Assembly: GCF_009914755.1 (NCBI RefSeq)
Contig: NC_060925.1
Origin: the human T2T-CHM13v2.0 reference genome, Homo sapiens
DNA: 64,000 nt
Reading direction: 5' to 3' (one strand)
Shown here in pieces: positions 24,563 through 37,352 of the stretch (position 1 is the first letter of the stretch; the number at the start of each line of letters is the position of its first letter). Made by a program: the position numbers and the translations under genes. The notes beneath the pieces are model-generated. The model saw only the letters and a program-made list of their open reading frames with translations, had not been told where the DNA came from and ran no database searches.

Positions 24563-25966
24563 TTTGTTTTAATTAAATAAAAGGTGTTGGTATTTTTATA
24601 CTATGGTTTCTATCCTGATGCTGAGTAGGTTCTTATATTTTCTTTGTGTTAGCTTTACTAATACTACTTCCTATACTGTTCTAACCAATTACTTAAGTAC
24701 AATGGTATTTGAGGAATTTCATCGAAGTTTTGTTAAGATCTATAAAAGATCTCTTTTTAAGACTATAAACATACTTATATATTTTATTATAAAATGCATA
24801 CTCTAAGTTCTTTGAACTTGCTGCTCTTGAAAGTTCTAGAAGTGGGGAATATTTTATAATAGAATCAATTACTAGGAAACAGAAAGCATTTGTTTCTCAT
24901 ACTAGGTCTCAACATATGTTTCATCCGTTTCTGCAGGAGCAAAAATTAGTTTACAAATTCAAGTTTACATGACATTTTACAATTTAGAATATTGCTTAAA
25001 CATAGCTGATGCTGCCTTATATACACCTATAATAGTAGTGAATTGTATTTCTATTTCTAAAATACCTAATTTAAATAAAATATTGTCTTTGATTATTATT
25101 TTCTTTGTATTACTATAATACATGCAAAATATGTATATTCGAACCAAAGTGGCACATTAAATGACAGTTTGTTATTTCTTCTGTGATTTTTATTTTATAT
25201 CACACTTGCCATTATATAAAACGGCATTATATAAAAAGAAATATTTTCTAGACATAAAAAGTTGAATTTCTGATTATTAATCTAAAAATAATTACTGAGA
25301 CATTATAGTTGGTGCCTAGGACACAACAATGAAAACAACAGACTTGGTCCCTGCCTAGACATAGTTTACAACCTCTGTTCCCTGACTATGAATGATAAAA
25401 GACAGATTTTTTTTCCTCTAGCATTTCTTTATAACCACAAAGAACAGATTTTATTCCATAGGTTGTCTCCTCTCCTTCAACTTTGAAACCTGTTGCAGAG
25501 CTTTTGATAGTTAACTATTATAGGAGTAGGAACTAACTTTATTAAAAAACATGTTTTAATATGCTTCACATACTTTTTCCAAACTCTTAATAACGTATGT
25601 TACATATGTATAGATACACAAGAACAATTACTATTTTACTGTCAAAAGTACTGTTTTGAAAATTCAAAGCTCTTCTGATACACCAAAGATGTTAGACAAC
25701 ATTTCGTGTTTTCTTTTATTCTTCATTTGTCTTAAATTCTTGCCTAGATTTCATTTATGTTGTAAATTTTGCCATGTCATCTTATTTTTGTTTAAATCCA
25801 ATCTTTCAATATTTATTCTGTTTAGATTTACCAAATGCTAGACATTAAGCAAGAAAAAGGTGAATGTTATAGAGTACATTCCTTTTAGAAACTCTTAATC
25901 AAGATTAGAAGAAAGGCATATATAAAGAATGTTTCATATATTCTGTATGATATAATTGTGTGAAGT

Positions 25967-26266
25967 AGCTGGGCATGGTGGCTCACAACTGTAATCTCAG
26001 CATTTGGGGAGGCTGAGCTGGCCGAATTGCTTCAGCTCAGGAGTTTGAGACCAGCCTGGGAAACATGGTGAAACCCTGTCTCTACAAATAAATACAAAAA
26101 TTAGCTGGGTATGGTGGTGTGTGCCTGTATGCCTAGCTACTCAGAAGGCTGAGGTGGGAAAATGCTTGAGTCCAGGAGCTGGAGTTTGCAGTGAGCTAAG
26201 ATCGCACCACTGCACTCTAGCCTGGGCAACAGAGTGAGACCTTGTCTCAAATAATAACAACAATAA
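25967..26266 (+). mobile_element. AluJb-like
   Basis: Full dimer; 14-bp TSD aattgtgtgaagta at 25954-25967 and 26267-26280. Confidence 0.94.
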
Positions 26267-26374
26267 AATTGTGTGAAGTATAGTTAAGTTTTTAATATCT
26301 ATCTATTGATCTATCAATATTATTCCAAATGAAGACACTATGTTTCTGGAGCAGAAAAGATTATTATTTATTTA

Positions 26375-27120
26375 TGTTGTAGTAGGTAGCCAGTCAGACA
26401 TAAGAAGGACAGGAGAGGACCCCTGCCCCAACCAGGAATGTCAGGCAACCATCTTGTGATGATCAGGCAGTTGTTAACCCGTCCCTCAAAAATCATAACT
26501 GGTCACAGCCCATGCCAGGGAAAGGCAGTCTCCCAATAAACAGAAACATCTGAAACTGGGGACCAGCAGCTTCCTGATAAGATCTCAGGAGTTGGGTGAG
26601 TGGGATCAAGCATGTGCACTAACAGGTAAAATGGCAGAGTTTAACTGGTATATGACCTCCTTGGGATATTTTACTGGTAAGGGGAAAATGCCTCAAAGTG
26701 AGCATGCACACAATTCCAGGAAACACACTATGCATAGTCCCCTCCCAGGCGCTAGCCAGCCACTGCACATGCAGACAGGCCACCCCAAGGGAAGAATCAG
26801 GGGAGAAGAGATGCAAGACCCTAGAAATGTGCCAATGTATAAAAGTGCAATTAAAGCCCAAACAGGGCACGTGATCTCTCAAGCCGCCTACTTGGCCCTC
26901 TCTCAAGTGTACTTCATTACTTTTTATTCCTGCCCTAAAACTTTTTAATAAACTTTCACTCCTGCTCTATGACTTGCCTTGATCACTTCTTCTTCCTTGT
27001 GCCCCTCAGTCGAATTCTTTCTTCTGAGGATGCAAGAATTGAAGTTGCTGCAGACCCATGTGGACTCACCACCACTAACATAATTTGGTGCTGTGACCCA
27101 GATACATTCCACTGCTAACA
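26375..27120 (+). mobile_element. 5' LTR (MER50-like)
   Basis: tgttgtagtaggtagccagtcagaca...accaggaatgtcaggcaaccatc...aataaactttcactcctgctcta...ctgctaaca. Confidence 0.88.
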
Positions 27121-27125
27121 TACTT

Positions 27126-27145
27126 TGGTGCCACGTGACTCGGAT
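27126..27145 (+). promoter_or_regulatory. Primer-binding site, tRNA-His type
   Basis: tggtgccacgtgactcggat versus canonical TGGTGCCGTGACTCGGAT (2-nt insertion). Confidence 0.85.
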
Positions 27146-28705
27146 ACATTCCCTAGTGGTAAGAAACCTCTACACCTCACCTTTGGCTAGAGATATTCAA
27201 CCCCCATAAATAGTTTTCTTCTCCCCTTTCACTCTTCTCTTTATTAACCAACCCCAAAATGATTCCTCTCAGACACATATGGCTCTGCTCCCACCAACTG
27301 ATCTCTTCACTCACCCTGATAGGTGGCTTGTGGGGGTGGGAAGAACCTTGGGGTCTGCATCAAGTAGAACTGAGGCCCTAATGGCCCTCCTGGACAGGAC
27401 GCTCATAAGAATGGTAGAGCTAAAGCCTAAAACCGTGCAATGTCTGGGGTTTCATCTGCTTTTTCAACTAAAATTGTCTCTTTCCCAAAAACCTACACTA
27501 CTTATTCTCCCATTTTCTCTGTTTGTGTTCCAAAATGGCCTTGAGCACACACTGGACCATCAACCTTAGGGCAAATCTTCCTCTTTGCTTTCACTTCACA
27601 GGCCACCTGGCTTCTCAAACACACGCTCCCTGTTATTTGTGCTTCCACAGCTCTTACTGCATTTGCCCAGCAGCAAAGACATGGGCTCCCTTGCAGATAC
27701 CCCTTGAGATTTATACTTGTTCTTACCTTAACAGCTAGGATGACCACCACCCCTGGTACAGACACTGATTGGAATACTGTCTCTGCCAGCATCTTATGAC
27801 TCACTATACGCTTTTAGTTCCTGTTACATCTCAGGGCCAAGTTTCTTAGTGTCTTTTGAAGCAGCTTGTTTACCAGCACGGGGCGACACTCTGGACCTTT
27901 AAGGATCCCACTTACTTGCTTTTTTGAGTTAGCACCCCTTTGGGAAAAGGTAAAATTCTTCCTGAACTGTTTTGAAGTTTCTATCCCAGGTCCCAAATTA
28001 TCCAAAAGTTACTACTTCACATCAAGAGGGCAAATAAACATTGCCCTCTCGAATCCAAGGGCTGCTGTTTCTGCAAGCATAAGAAGGCTTTCCAGGAGTA
28101 TTCCTCTCACTTTCTCCCACTTCCTCCTGTAGCCTGCTTTTCTCTAATTACTTCCACACCCATCTCAACTTGCATCAAGACCTTCAAGGTCACATTCAAA
28201 GCAAGAGGGAACAGAAGTCCAGCCCCCTTGTGGCAGTTAACTGAAAAGCAGGCTTCTCATCTACTTAAAGAACATGGGAAATGGGAATCTAAGAAAAGTG
28301 ATAATCATTTTGTTGCTAAAATGCTCTATGAGAGAGTCACTATAAGGTCATGGAGACAAAGATATAGGCCAGCCCAATGCCACATGCCCAAGAGATCCAT
28401 AGAACAGAGATAAAGTTTGGTCCCCAGCTAACAGATTGACATTAGAACAGAGGTGAAGGCAAGATTAGGGGTATACAGTAAGACCAGTTCATTCCAGAAC
28501 CCCAAGGATGAACAGGGGGCACACTGTTCGCTCCAGTATCTCCTCTGTTCTAAAGTGGGTAATTGTGGGGATGAGATGAGACCAAAGTTAAGAGTACATG
28601 ATAAGACCAGTTCATTCCAGAACCCAAAGGATGATGGGGGACCACATTCATAGGAAAGTAAGATGGAACACCTTCTTTTTCCTTTTTTCTCCTCTCTTCT
28701 TTCAG

Positions 28706-29176
28706 ATGGGTAATCACGTCTCCATAGCACAGGCATGTCCTTTGGTGCAACCTCAAAAAAAGGGAAAAGTTTGATTCTCCCAAACCTTAAAACAAATAAC
28801 TCATTTTCCTTTGTAATACTGTTTGGCTTAAAAATGAACTGTGAGGAAATTACAGAAGACAGCCTTGAAACCCAGTGCCTTTATGCAGGAGATACTCAGA
28901 TTAGCCTCTTCAATCTTTCATAACTGAGAACAAAAACAGGAAGACAAGGGTAAGAAAAAGAAGAAACATAGGGACCAGAGGCAAGCTCAACTATTGGCTG
29001 CTTTACAAGCTCTCCAGCGCCCTCCTGGTTGCCCTCAGAATACCCTCCCAGGTAACTTCCAGTGGTGCAAGAAGCAAAGCCACTGGAAGGCAAACTGCCC
29101 CAATAGCATAAATGGGAAAAAACCCCTCATGGCTTGCTCCCTCTGCCACAAGCTTGGAGGCTGAAAACAAGACTGC
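28706..29176 (+). pseudogene. ERV gag relic (MA start and NC zinc knuckle; most of CA missing)
   Basis: MGNHVSIAQACPL at 28706; LIFLCNTVW at 28800-28826; CSLCHKLGG*KQDC (degenerate CX2CX4HX4C) at 29135-29176. Confidence 0.8.
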
Positions 29177-29270
29177 TCTGAGGGCGAAAGTTCCCCTAAG
29201 ACAGAATTTCAACTCCTGATAGACTTGAGGTTAAGGGGCTCTCTGCTCTGGCTGGCTTCCAAATCAGACA

Positions 29271-29570
29271 TTGTCATTAAAAGGACAAGGGCAAGGGCAA
29301 CTCCAAAGGCCACAAGTAACATCACAAATTTCCCTTTTGGGTTCCAGAGCTGCCTACTCTGTGCTAATCTCCTTCTCTGAGGAAGTCTCCTTCAAGTCCT
29401 GTTGGGTAATAAGGAAAAATAGCACTCCTCTTTCCAAAAGAAGAAATTCACACCCCTTTATATTACTTAAAGGACCAATTATCATTCTCCCACCAGTCCT
29501 GGGGAATGTCTAAACACTCCACACCTGTTGGAGGAATCATAAAGTTTCCAAGATGGGTGCTCACTTAATA
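29271..29570 (+). pseudogene. ERV protease relic
   Basis: ORF 29271..29513 contains LLGSRAAYSVL, equivalent to LLDTGAAYSVL with the catalytic DTG destroyed. Confidence 0.75.
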
Positions 29571-29658
29571 TTTACCCAATCTCTGAATTCATCCTCCCCT
29601 TTTATAGCCCCATTCCTCCTGGGAAAGCAAAGTAAATCTTTAACCAATGACTTTAACC

Positions 29659-29800
29659 TGGACAGTCCTACATCAGGGATTTCAAAATAGCCCCCACTTA
29701 TTTGGACCAGCCCTAGCAAAAATTGAACTGAGAAATCTCTTGTGGGAGGGGTGGGGGTAATTTCTACAGTATTTAGATAACCTTTTTATTTGCTCCTCCT
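29659..29800 (+). pseudogene. ERV reverse transcriptase relic
   Basis: WTVLHQGFQNSPHLFGPALAK (motif B) and LQYLDNLFICS (YVDD motif decayed). Confidence 0.85.
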
Positions 29801-32239
29801 TAACAGGACTCACACAGCAATATGAAGTACAAACCATAAATTCCTACAAGAAGGTTATAAATGTAAAGAGGTATTTTTGTAAGGAAGGTTACAAAGAAAA
29901 GAGATTTTTATATCAGAAATTATCTTGTATAGTAAATTCTTGTCCTAAAGTAAAATAACTGGTTGTTTAAAAAGGGATGTTTAGGAAAAGTCAGAAAGTT
30001 CAAGCATATAATAGATGGTCTGTATACGTCATGAAAATATTCATGAAAGGGAATTTATAAAAGAAATATTGTACAATTTAAAAGTTATTAGGCTTACTGA
30101 ATGCTTCCTAACTTGCAACTATGTATGACTTTCAAATATACAACTTGCCTGCTTTAATATTAGGTAAGGCCTGGGGACATACAGAGTTAGCTATGTCCCC
30201 CCGGCTATGCTGGAAAGAGTCAGAACTTATCTGCACTTCTGACTGGTGTACTAGGCTCTAATCCTGGTATAATTAGAAACATTTACCATATTTTTCACTA
30301 AAAGTAAAAGTTGCTAAGAGTTAACAGTGTAACACGTATTTGAGATTACCTGAAAAACAGTGTTAGATAAAAGGCATGTAAGGACAGTAAGATGTACTTA
30401 ATTTTAAGACAACATAGGGATGAGGATGTTTTCTCCTAGTTTAGATGGTTGAAGGATTGTTTTAAGTTAAACAGGATAAAGCTAAAGTTTGAGCAAGTTT
30501 TACAAGATCTGTAAAAAATTAATGTTTTAAAAAATTCTGTGTGTGAACATATTAGCTAAAATTAAAGGGATGTTATTCAGTTTTCCAGAAATTGAACATT
30601 GGAATAAAAGCATAACATTGTTTTCTTAGAGAATTATCCTGCTTTTTAAGAGAAAATTGTAAATAGTTATAAAATGTTTATGAAAATCTTACCTTATGGT
30701 CAAATAGATTAAGATTGGATACATTTGTCTATAAAGTTTTATTAAGGATTTGGTTTAACACCAATAGTAGGCTAATACAAAGGTAATATCTGGCTTTATT
30801 TGGACTGTATTTGTGTAAATGTGTTATTGATATGTGTTCCAAAGTACATAACACAATGATATGTGTTAAAACTCCTATCATTCTGATAAAACTTAAATAG
30901 TAAATGTTATGTGAAATTATTGTGTGCCACCAAGGTAACAAATTTCCTTGTCAATCGTAACTTTCAGTATGGTTGTCCTAAGACAATTTGTGATCTACAG
31001 ACAATTGTTGTCTTACTTTAATCCTCTTCCAAAGGTGGTTTTATAATCAACTATAGGTCTCTAACAGGTGATCTTAAAGGCAGGTTTATAATAACTTTCA
31101 AGACTGTGACATTAGAATAAAGGAAAAAAACTTTCAGGACCATCATGGAGAGTGGAAATATTCACGAATATAAGCATAACAAGACTAAACTAATAGAAGA
31201 CTAAAATCATCCTGTTATGATTTTTTGCTTAAAACTGCTAATCTTTGGCTTTTCAAATCTAAAAAATTTTTCTTTTGAGCTGTTTTCAGTTTTTAACAAT
31301 TGACTATAGTGTAATCCTATAAACAAAATTTGGAGCATATTTCTTTCTCTCTACGTAATTTCTCCAGAATTTTGAAACCATTTTTGAGTATTATTAACTT
31401 ATAGCCATATGGCTATTTGCATAAGTAATCTAAGAGTCTTTTTTCTTTAGCAACAGGACACAATTGGAGAAACTATTTTACCAAGACTTTGACTGGAATG
31501 GCCTGCTTTTCTTTAAGGAATCTAATTTATCTATGGAGCCAATAAAAGCCCCTTGAGAAAACTGGCCTCTCTTACCTTCTCTACACAGTCACTGTACAGC
31601 TCTTGTGGTAAATAAAGAATGTCACTTTCTGACAGGACCAGGAGCCCCAATTTATCCTGTGACCTCAAGAGGAGAAAAATTTATCCAACTCGCACAGGTA
31701 CTTGGTGGCACCAACCTATGGCTGGGCTTAAGGCTTTAATAAAACTCTTATCTGAAATTTCCTATGAAATGAAGTTACATCAAAGTCAATTTAAAAAGGA
31801 GCCTATATGGCAAATAATTGCATTTGTTGTGCTTTATGCAAATAATCGAGCCAAGTGTAATAAAACTAAAGCTTAGTTTGCAAACAAATCAGTCCTATCA
31901 TCATTTGTTTTTAAGAAAATTGAACACTGAAGAAAAAAATTGTTTCAAAAACTATGGTATACATTTTATTAGATTCTAGTCTCATCAGTTATTTTTGAGT
32001 TTTTGTCTTCAATTTAGACTAACCCTGCTTAGCCTTATGAACCAACTAGTGATCTCTGGCTTCAGGTCAGAAGAAGCAATAGGAATGGGTAATATAAAAA
32101 ATCTGGATCAATATTGTGCTTCTGGGAACATAATGGAATTGTCTAGCAACCCCATGCACCCAAGTCTTAGCAGACATAACTATAGCCACCAGATACCTGG
32201 GCTTGTTGGAAGCCTCTGAATTTTTTGGAGCTGCCCTCA

Positions 32240-32400
32240 CCCACTTATTTTGTTTTTACATTCTTCTAAATCTAATAACCCAATTTGTCTCCTTTCACCT
32301 TCAGGCCATCAATATCCAGATGATCCTCAGTGAGGGATACCCTCCTGTCAATATTCAAGAGTCATTCTTCTACAGAAGACCCTACACTGTCCATAAGTGA
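32240..32400 (+). pseudogene. ERV env TM cytoplasmic-tail relic
   Basis: ILLNLITQFVSFHLQAINIQM resembles the gamma-type TM tail CILNLLVKFVSSRLQAIKLQM. Confidence 0.7.
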
Positions 32401-32619
32401 GAAATGACAGGGGCAAAACACTGCTGCTGTGTCCTTTGGACCTAACTGGATAACACTTTCACTAACCCATGGAGTTACTTTCATGCCCTGATAGCTAACA
32501 AGAGGCCAAGACTCACAGAACAACCACCACCACACCTGTCTGCAGTAAGCAATTACCGAAGACAGATCTTCGTCCATTTGTCCTAAAGAATTGGGGTCTT
32601 TGCGCCTTGATGGGTGGAA

Positions 32620-33377
32620 TACTATGGTAGGTAGCTAGTCAGACATAAGCAGGGCAGAAGAGGGCCCCCTTCCCCAACCAGGAATGTCAGGCAACCATCA
32701 CATGATGGTCAGGCATTGTTAAACTGCCTCTGTAAAATAATTGTTCACAGCCCATGCCAGAGAAAGGCAGTCTCTCAATAAAAGGAAACACCTGAAACTG
32801 GGGACCAGCAGCTTCCCGATAAGATCTCAGGAGTTGGGTGATTGGGCTTAAGGGTGTGCATGAAGAAGCAAAACGGAAGAGTTTAACCGGCATATGACTT
32901 CCTTAGGACATTTGACTGGTAATGGAAGAACACCTCAAGTGAGCATGTGTACAACTACAGTAAACACACTGCTCATGCTTCCCTGCCAAACACCTGCAGG
33001 CCACTGCACAAGTAGAAAGCACACCCCAAGGGAATTATCAGGGGTGAAAGGAGAAAAGACCCCAAAAGTATGCCAATATTTAAAGCCTTAAGTCAAAGGT
33101 CAAACCATGCACTTGATCTTTCAAGTCACCTACTTGGTACCTCTTCCAAATGTACTTTACTTCCTTTCAATCCTGCCCTAAAACTCTTTAATAAATTTAT
33201 CTCATGCTCTAAAACATACCTTGATCTCTGCTTCTGCCTTATGCCCCTCAGTTCTTTGTTCTAAACAGCCCTTTTTTTCTAAGGAGGCAAGAATTGAGGT
33301 TGCTGCAGACGCCTACATATTTGTCGCCAGCAACATACTTTGGTGCTGTGTGACTCAGATAAATTCCACTACTAACA
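32620..33377 (+). mobile_element. 3' LTR (MER50-like)
   Basis: Co-linear with 26375-27120 (shared gaaactggggaccagcagcttcc, gataagatctcaggagttgggtga); ends ccactactaaca. Confidence 0.88.
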
Positions 33378-34097
33378 TTTATAGCAAATTGTTCCAATTT
33401 CTACTCCTGGACAAGACAATGAGAACTAGACATCATTCTAAGCTTAAAGAGGCCTATGATAGGTAAGAAATTTCAAAAATATATAATTCCTTATTGATTT
33501 AAGAAAAAGAGGCAACTGTCCCCTTTCCACTTCTTAGAGTATCTTCTTGGAAAGTAATGGAAATAATTCTAGTTACTTCCTCTAACTGTTTGGAATGCAA
33601 ATAAATCCTGCTAGCGGAAAGATAAGATCACTGTTTCCAGCTAAAACACCCTAGGGATGCCTCTATGGCCCCAGGATCTTGTGAATCTTTGATATGTAAA
33701 CACACAGCTCAGGACAGGCAAATCTCTCTAGATTTCTCACTCTTTCTTCAGTTATAAATTAATTTCTTAAGTCTTGTGCTTTAAACCCAAGCCCCAAATT
33801 CCACTAAAATTTGCCCACAAAATCCTAATGGTGCAGAAATATTGAAATATTTTCTCTACAGCCCTATAGGTACATCCAAAGTGTTATGGAGTCACATTAA
33901 GGGGAGGTACAACCAACTTGGATGGATTAGAGATAGTTATCCAAAGAATTGATTCTGAGTCTTAAAATATTATCTCTTAATAAAAAGAAAACAAGTTCAG
34001 TACAGTTACATCCCTTGCCCAAGTTCATTTAGTACTAAGTATTATTTGCTACTACCCTTCACAGAATAAAAAGTGAGTAGTAAGAGGGATAGTGAGA

Positions 34098-34387
<290 letters not shown>

Positions 34388-34529
34388 GGGGGGGCGGGGG
34401 TGGATAATGAGCGCATTCCAGGCGAAGGGGAAAACACTTACAAAGACGCATTAATATAAGTAAACTTCAAATAACATGAAACTTAAAATGTACATATACA
34501 CGTAGAAAAAGATAAAGCAGAGATTTAGG

Positions 34530-34822
34530 TGTGAACCAGAACTAAAATTCTAAGCCCCCCAGTGACTGAACAGAACCCCCCTTGGTCATGAAGATTTCAA
34601 AGAAACCTGAAAAACTAGTTCAGGTCATGACAGAAAGGGAAGTGTTGGATATGCTTCTTTGTACTCTCTTTTCTTCGGAGTTTAGACACAACTGACTAGC
34701 ATTAACATTGAAATAGAGATCATAAGACTGGCAAAATAGGCTTTTGGTACCAATAAGACACCAACACCAGCCTGACTCTGATATAGCATCTCATGACAGC
34801 AGGCCCTGAAGGAAATCAAAGA
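34530..34822 (+). mobile_element. MER4-family LTR 5' fragment
   Basis: tgtgaaccagaactaaaattctaagcccccc...cctgaaaaactagttcagg...caggccctgaaggaaatcaaag. Confidence 0.75.
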
Positions 34823-35639
34823 ATGTTGACTTTATTAATTTAAATAGGAGATTTTATGGAAAAAAGAAATTGTGAAGAATAGGCAACAAGGCAATTTTGG
34901 ATAGGATGAGCAATAAAATCATGGAATCAGATGATTGGAAGAACTCACAAGACTTCACAGAGCATACTCCTTGAAGGTGTTTTACATAGGCAACAATTAT
35001 GGTATAACTGGAAAAATAAAGAACATGAAACAATTGGAGCCCTATTGACTTTGAGGTACTTCTTCCTAGGGTCATAATTACACAGGACATGTTTTATCTT
35101 TAGTTTATAAAACCACCACCTAGATGTGTGCAAGAAGTTTCAGTTTCAGGGAGGTCAAGCAAAGATTCCAATGGGGTTTTTTATGCCTTACTGATCATAT
35201 AGCCAAACGACACATTTTTACCAGTGACATCAGACAAAATTTATGAATAATCAAGCAAGATCTGCATGCCTCCAGGGGAATTTCAGATGTTAAACAACAT
35301 ATTTTCAATTATTAGTCAGCCCACTCACCCTATTTGGGCAAAGAGTCAGTACTAGACTTTCCATCATTCCTGGAGATAAGCATAGAATTCCATCAGTCCA
35401 TCTTTAAAATAACTCTGTCCTATAAAATTTGAAATATAAAACCTACAAATACAATCAAATAAAAGAGCCCTATAAGAACCTACATATGTAATACTAAAGG
35501 TTATGAAAAAATGTAAGATTTAAGAGTAAAACATAGAGTAATGAAAATGTAGAAACAAATTGTATCCTTGAAGAGTATATACCCTAAGAAAAACATGATA
35601 AAAGTAAATGAACTTAAGTTTCATGTATCTGTCAGAAAT

Positions 35640-36530
35640 TTTATTGGAAATTTGATTCAATAGTAGTATAATTGTATATATGAATCTGGATCTTTGGAAG
35701 GAGGTCTAAGATGAGATAGAGAGAGAAGGAGATAGAGATACATAGATATCTGATATTCGACTAGGGTATTGATGGTATATGAAGAAATAACATGAGACTG
35801 CATGAAATCACCAAAAGAATGAAGGGTAAATTAAAGTAAAAAATAATTAGAATCAAGTGACAAGGCACCAGCCCTTAACATTCTACTGTTGGACTTTGGA
35901 GAATAGCAGTGAATCAGCAAGAGGCAGAGATGGAACAACTAACTAAGAAGGAGAAACTAACAAGAGCACGTGTTGCCCTTGCAGGTTAGTAAGGAAGCTG
36001 TTTTAAGAAAGGAAGAATGATCATTTGTGCCCAGTGCTGCTACAAATCACGGCCTATGAAGCATGAGACACGACTATTGCATTTTAAAATGTAGAGATTG
36101 TAGGTGGACTGAAAATAGAATTTGATGGATGGGTGAGATTGCCAGCATACAGAGCAGGATAGACCATGACAGGAATGGGTTAAAAAGACTAGTGAAAATG
36201 GAGGCATTTGGCGGGGCGGGGGTGGGGGGAGGGGGGGCGGGGGTGGGGGGAGGGGGGCGGGGGCAGGGGAGATTCTACAAAGATACTGAAACCAAGCAGC
36301 CAGCCAGAGATATGTGAGAGAAACTGGAAATACATCATTTTTGTAGACAAGGGAAAGGAGTATTTCAGCAAGAAAAGCCTGAGTTAGATGCTGCTACAGG
36401 TCATATTAAAAAAGAACAGAAAAAATGTCTGCTGGGTTTAGCAACGTGTTCCTCAGGCCATAGAAATAGTGTTTTGATAGAATAATGGTTACAAAAAACA
36501 GATGGGTGTGCATTGAGGAAGAATCTTCTC
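35640..36530 (-). mobile_element. L2 fragments
   Basis: Purine-rich antisense L2 motifs (gagactgcatgaaatcacc, gtgctgctacaaatca, gatgctgctacaggtca). Confidence 0.5.
36210..36269 (+). repeat. G-rich tandem tract (about 21-bp unit ggcgggggtggggggaggggg)
   Basis: Many runs of 4-7 G separated by single bases. Confidence 0.92.
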
Positions 36531-37352
36531 AAGAAAACAGAGTTGGTTTTCTTTGTGTAAAGTTCCTATTTCTTTTATGATGCTAATCTCATCACAACTG
36601 TGATACTTCACCCAATGGTAACTATGTTTAGTATACTGATATTAAGGAAGGTTAATTCTCTCCGCTGTCAGCAGCGCTAGAATTTGTCCAATACAGGTGC
36701 TTCCTTTTGAATGAGAAAAAAATGCTGGAAGTTGAGTGCTAATTAACAGTCAATTTATAGTGTTGAAAAATGGATGCTTACGTCTCTGATAAAACAAATG
36801 ATGATAAACTAATTTTAAACACTAAGGATCACAAAAAATCTTGTTTTCAGTAACTAGTTCTACATAAAAATTTGAATAAACTTCCTCCACCAAAATAGCT
36901 GTCATTATTTCCTTTAAACCTAAAACCTACACATAATACCTCTAAAGCAGAACAACCAAGTCTGAATATTAGAGAAAAAAATAAAAGCCCTAAACACCTG
37001 AACATTAAGTTTATAGATAAATACCATTGAGTTAAATGAACCATGGTCCCTTTAAGAAATGCTGTAGGAAGAAAAATAAAATATGGTACACTGATTCTGC
37101 TGACCACAACCAGAATACTTACACTGTAGTTGTTGAATAATCCAGTGGACTCCATGCTGTCTTTAAAACAACTGTGTACCATATTACTAAATAGTCATGA
37201 GGATAAACTTTTCAATTAGAGTTCACTGTTATTTAAAATTTTACACAACAAGAAAATACTGTGTATTTCAATAAACATTTATGGTAACTATGTACCTGAC
37301 ATTTGGAGTTCCAATTTATAAAACTGTGCTTTTTTATTACAAATATAGCTCA

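Larger units (their letters stand above)
26375..33377 (+). mobile_element. MER50 (ERV1, MER4-group) provirus: LTR-internal-LTR, non-autonomous/deleted
   Basis: Two homologous LTRs of about 750 bp, PBS, polypurine tract (gatgggtggaa, about 32609-32619), retroviral gene relics, and a 4-bp TSD ttta at 26371-26374 and 33378-33381. Confidence 0.9.

Noticed and set aside
27086-27145. tRNA-like sequence
   Set aside because: Only the 18-20-nt complement of the tRNA-His 3' end (a PBS), not a tRNA gene.
32203-32400. Possible domesticated env/syncytin-like gene
   Set aside because: Only the TM tail survives; there is no signal peptide, SU, furin site or immunosuppressive domain.
33480-33850. Possible additional old LTR right of the provirus
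   Set aside because: Only vague similarity; I could not define ends or family.
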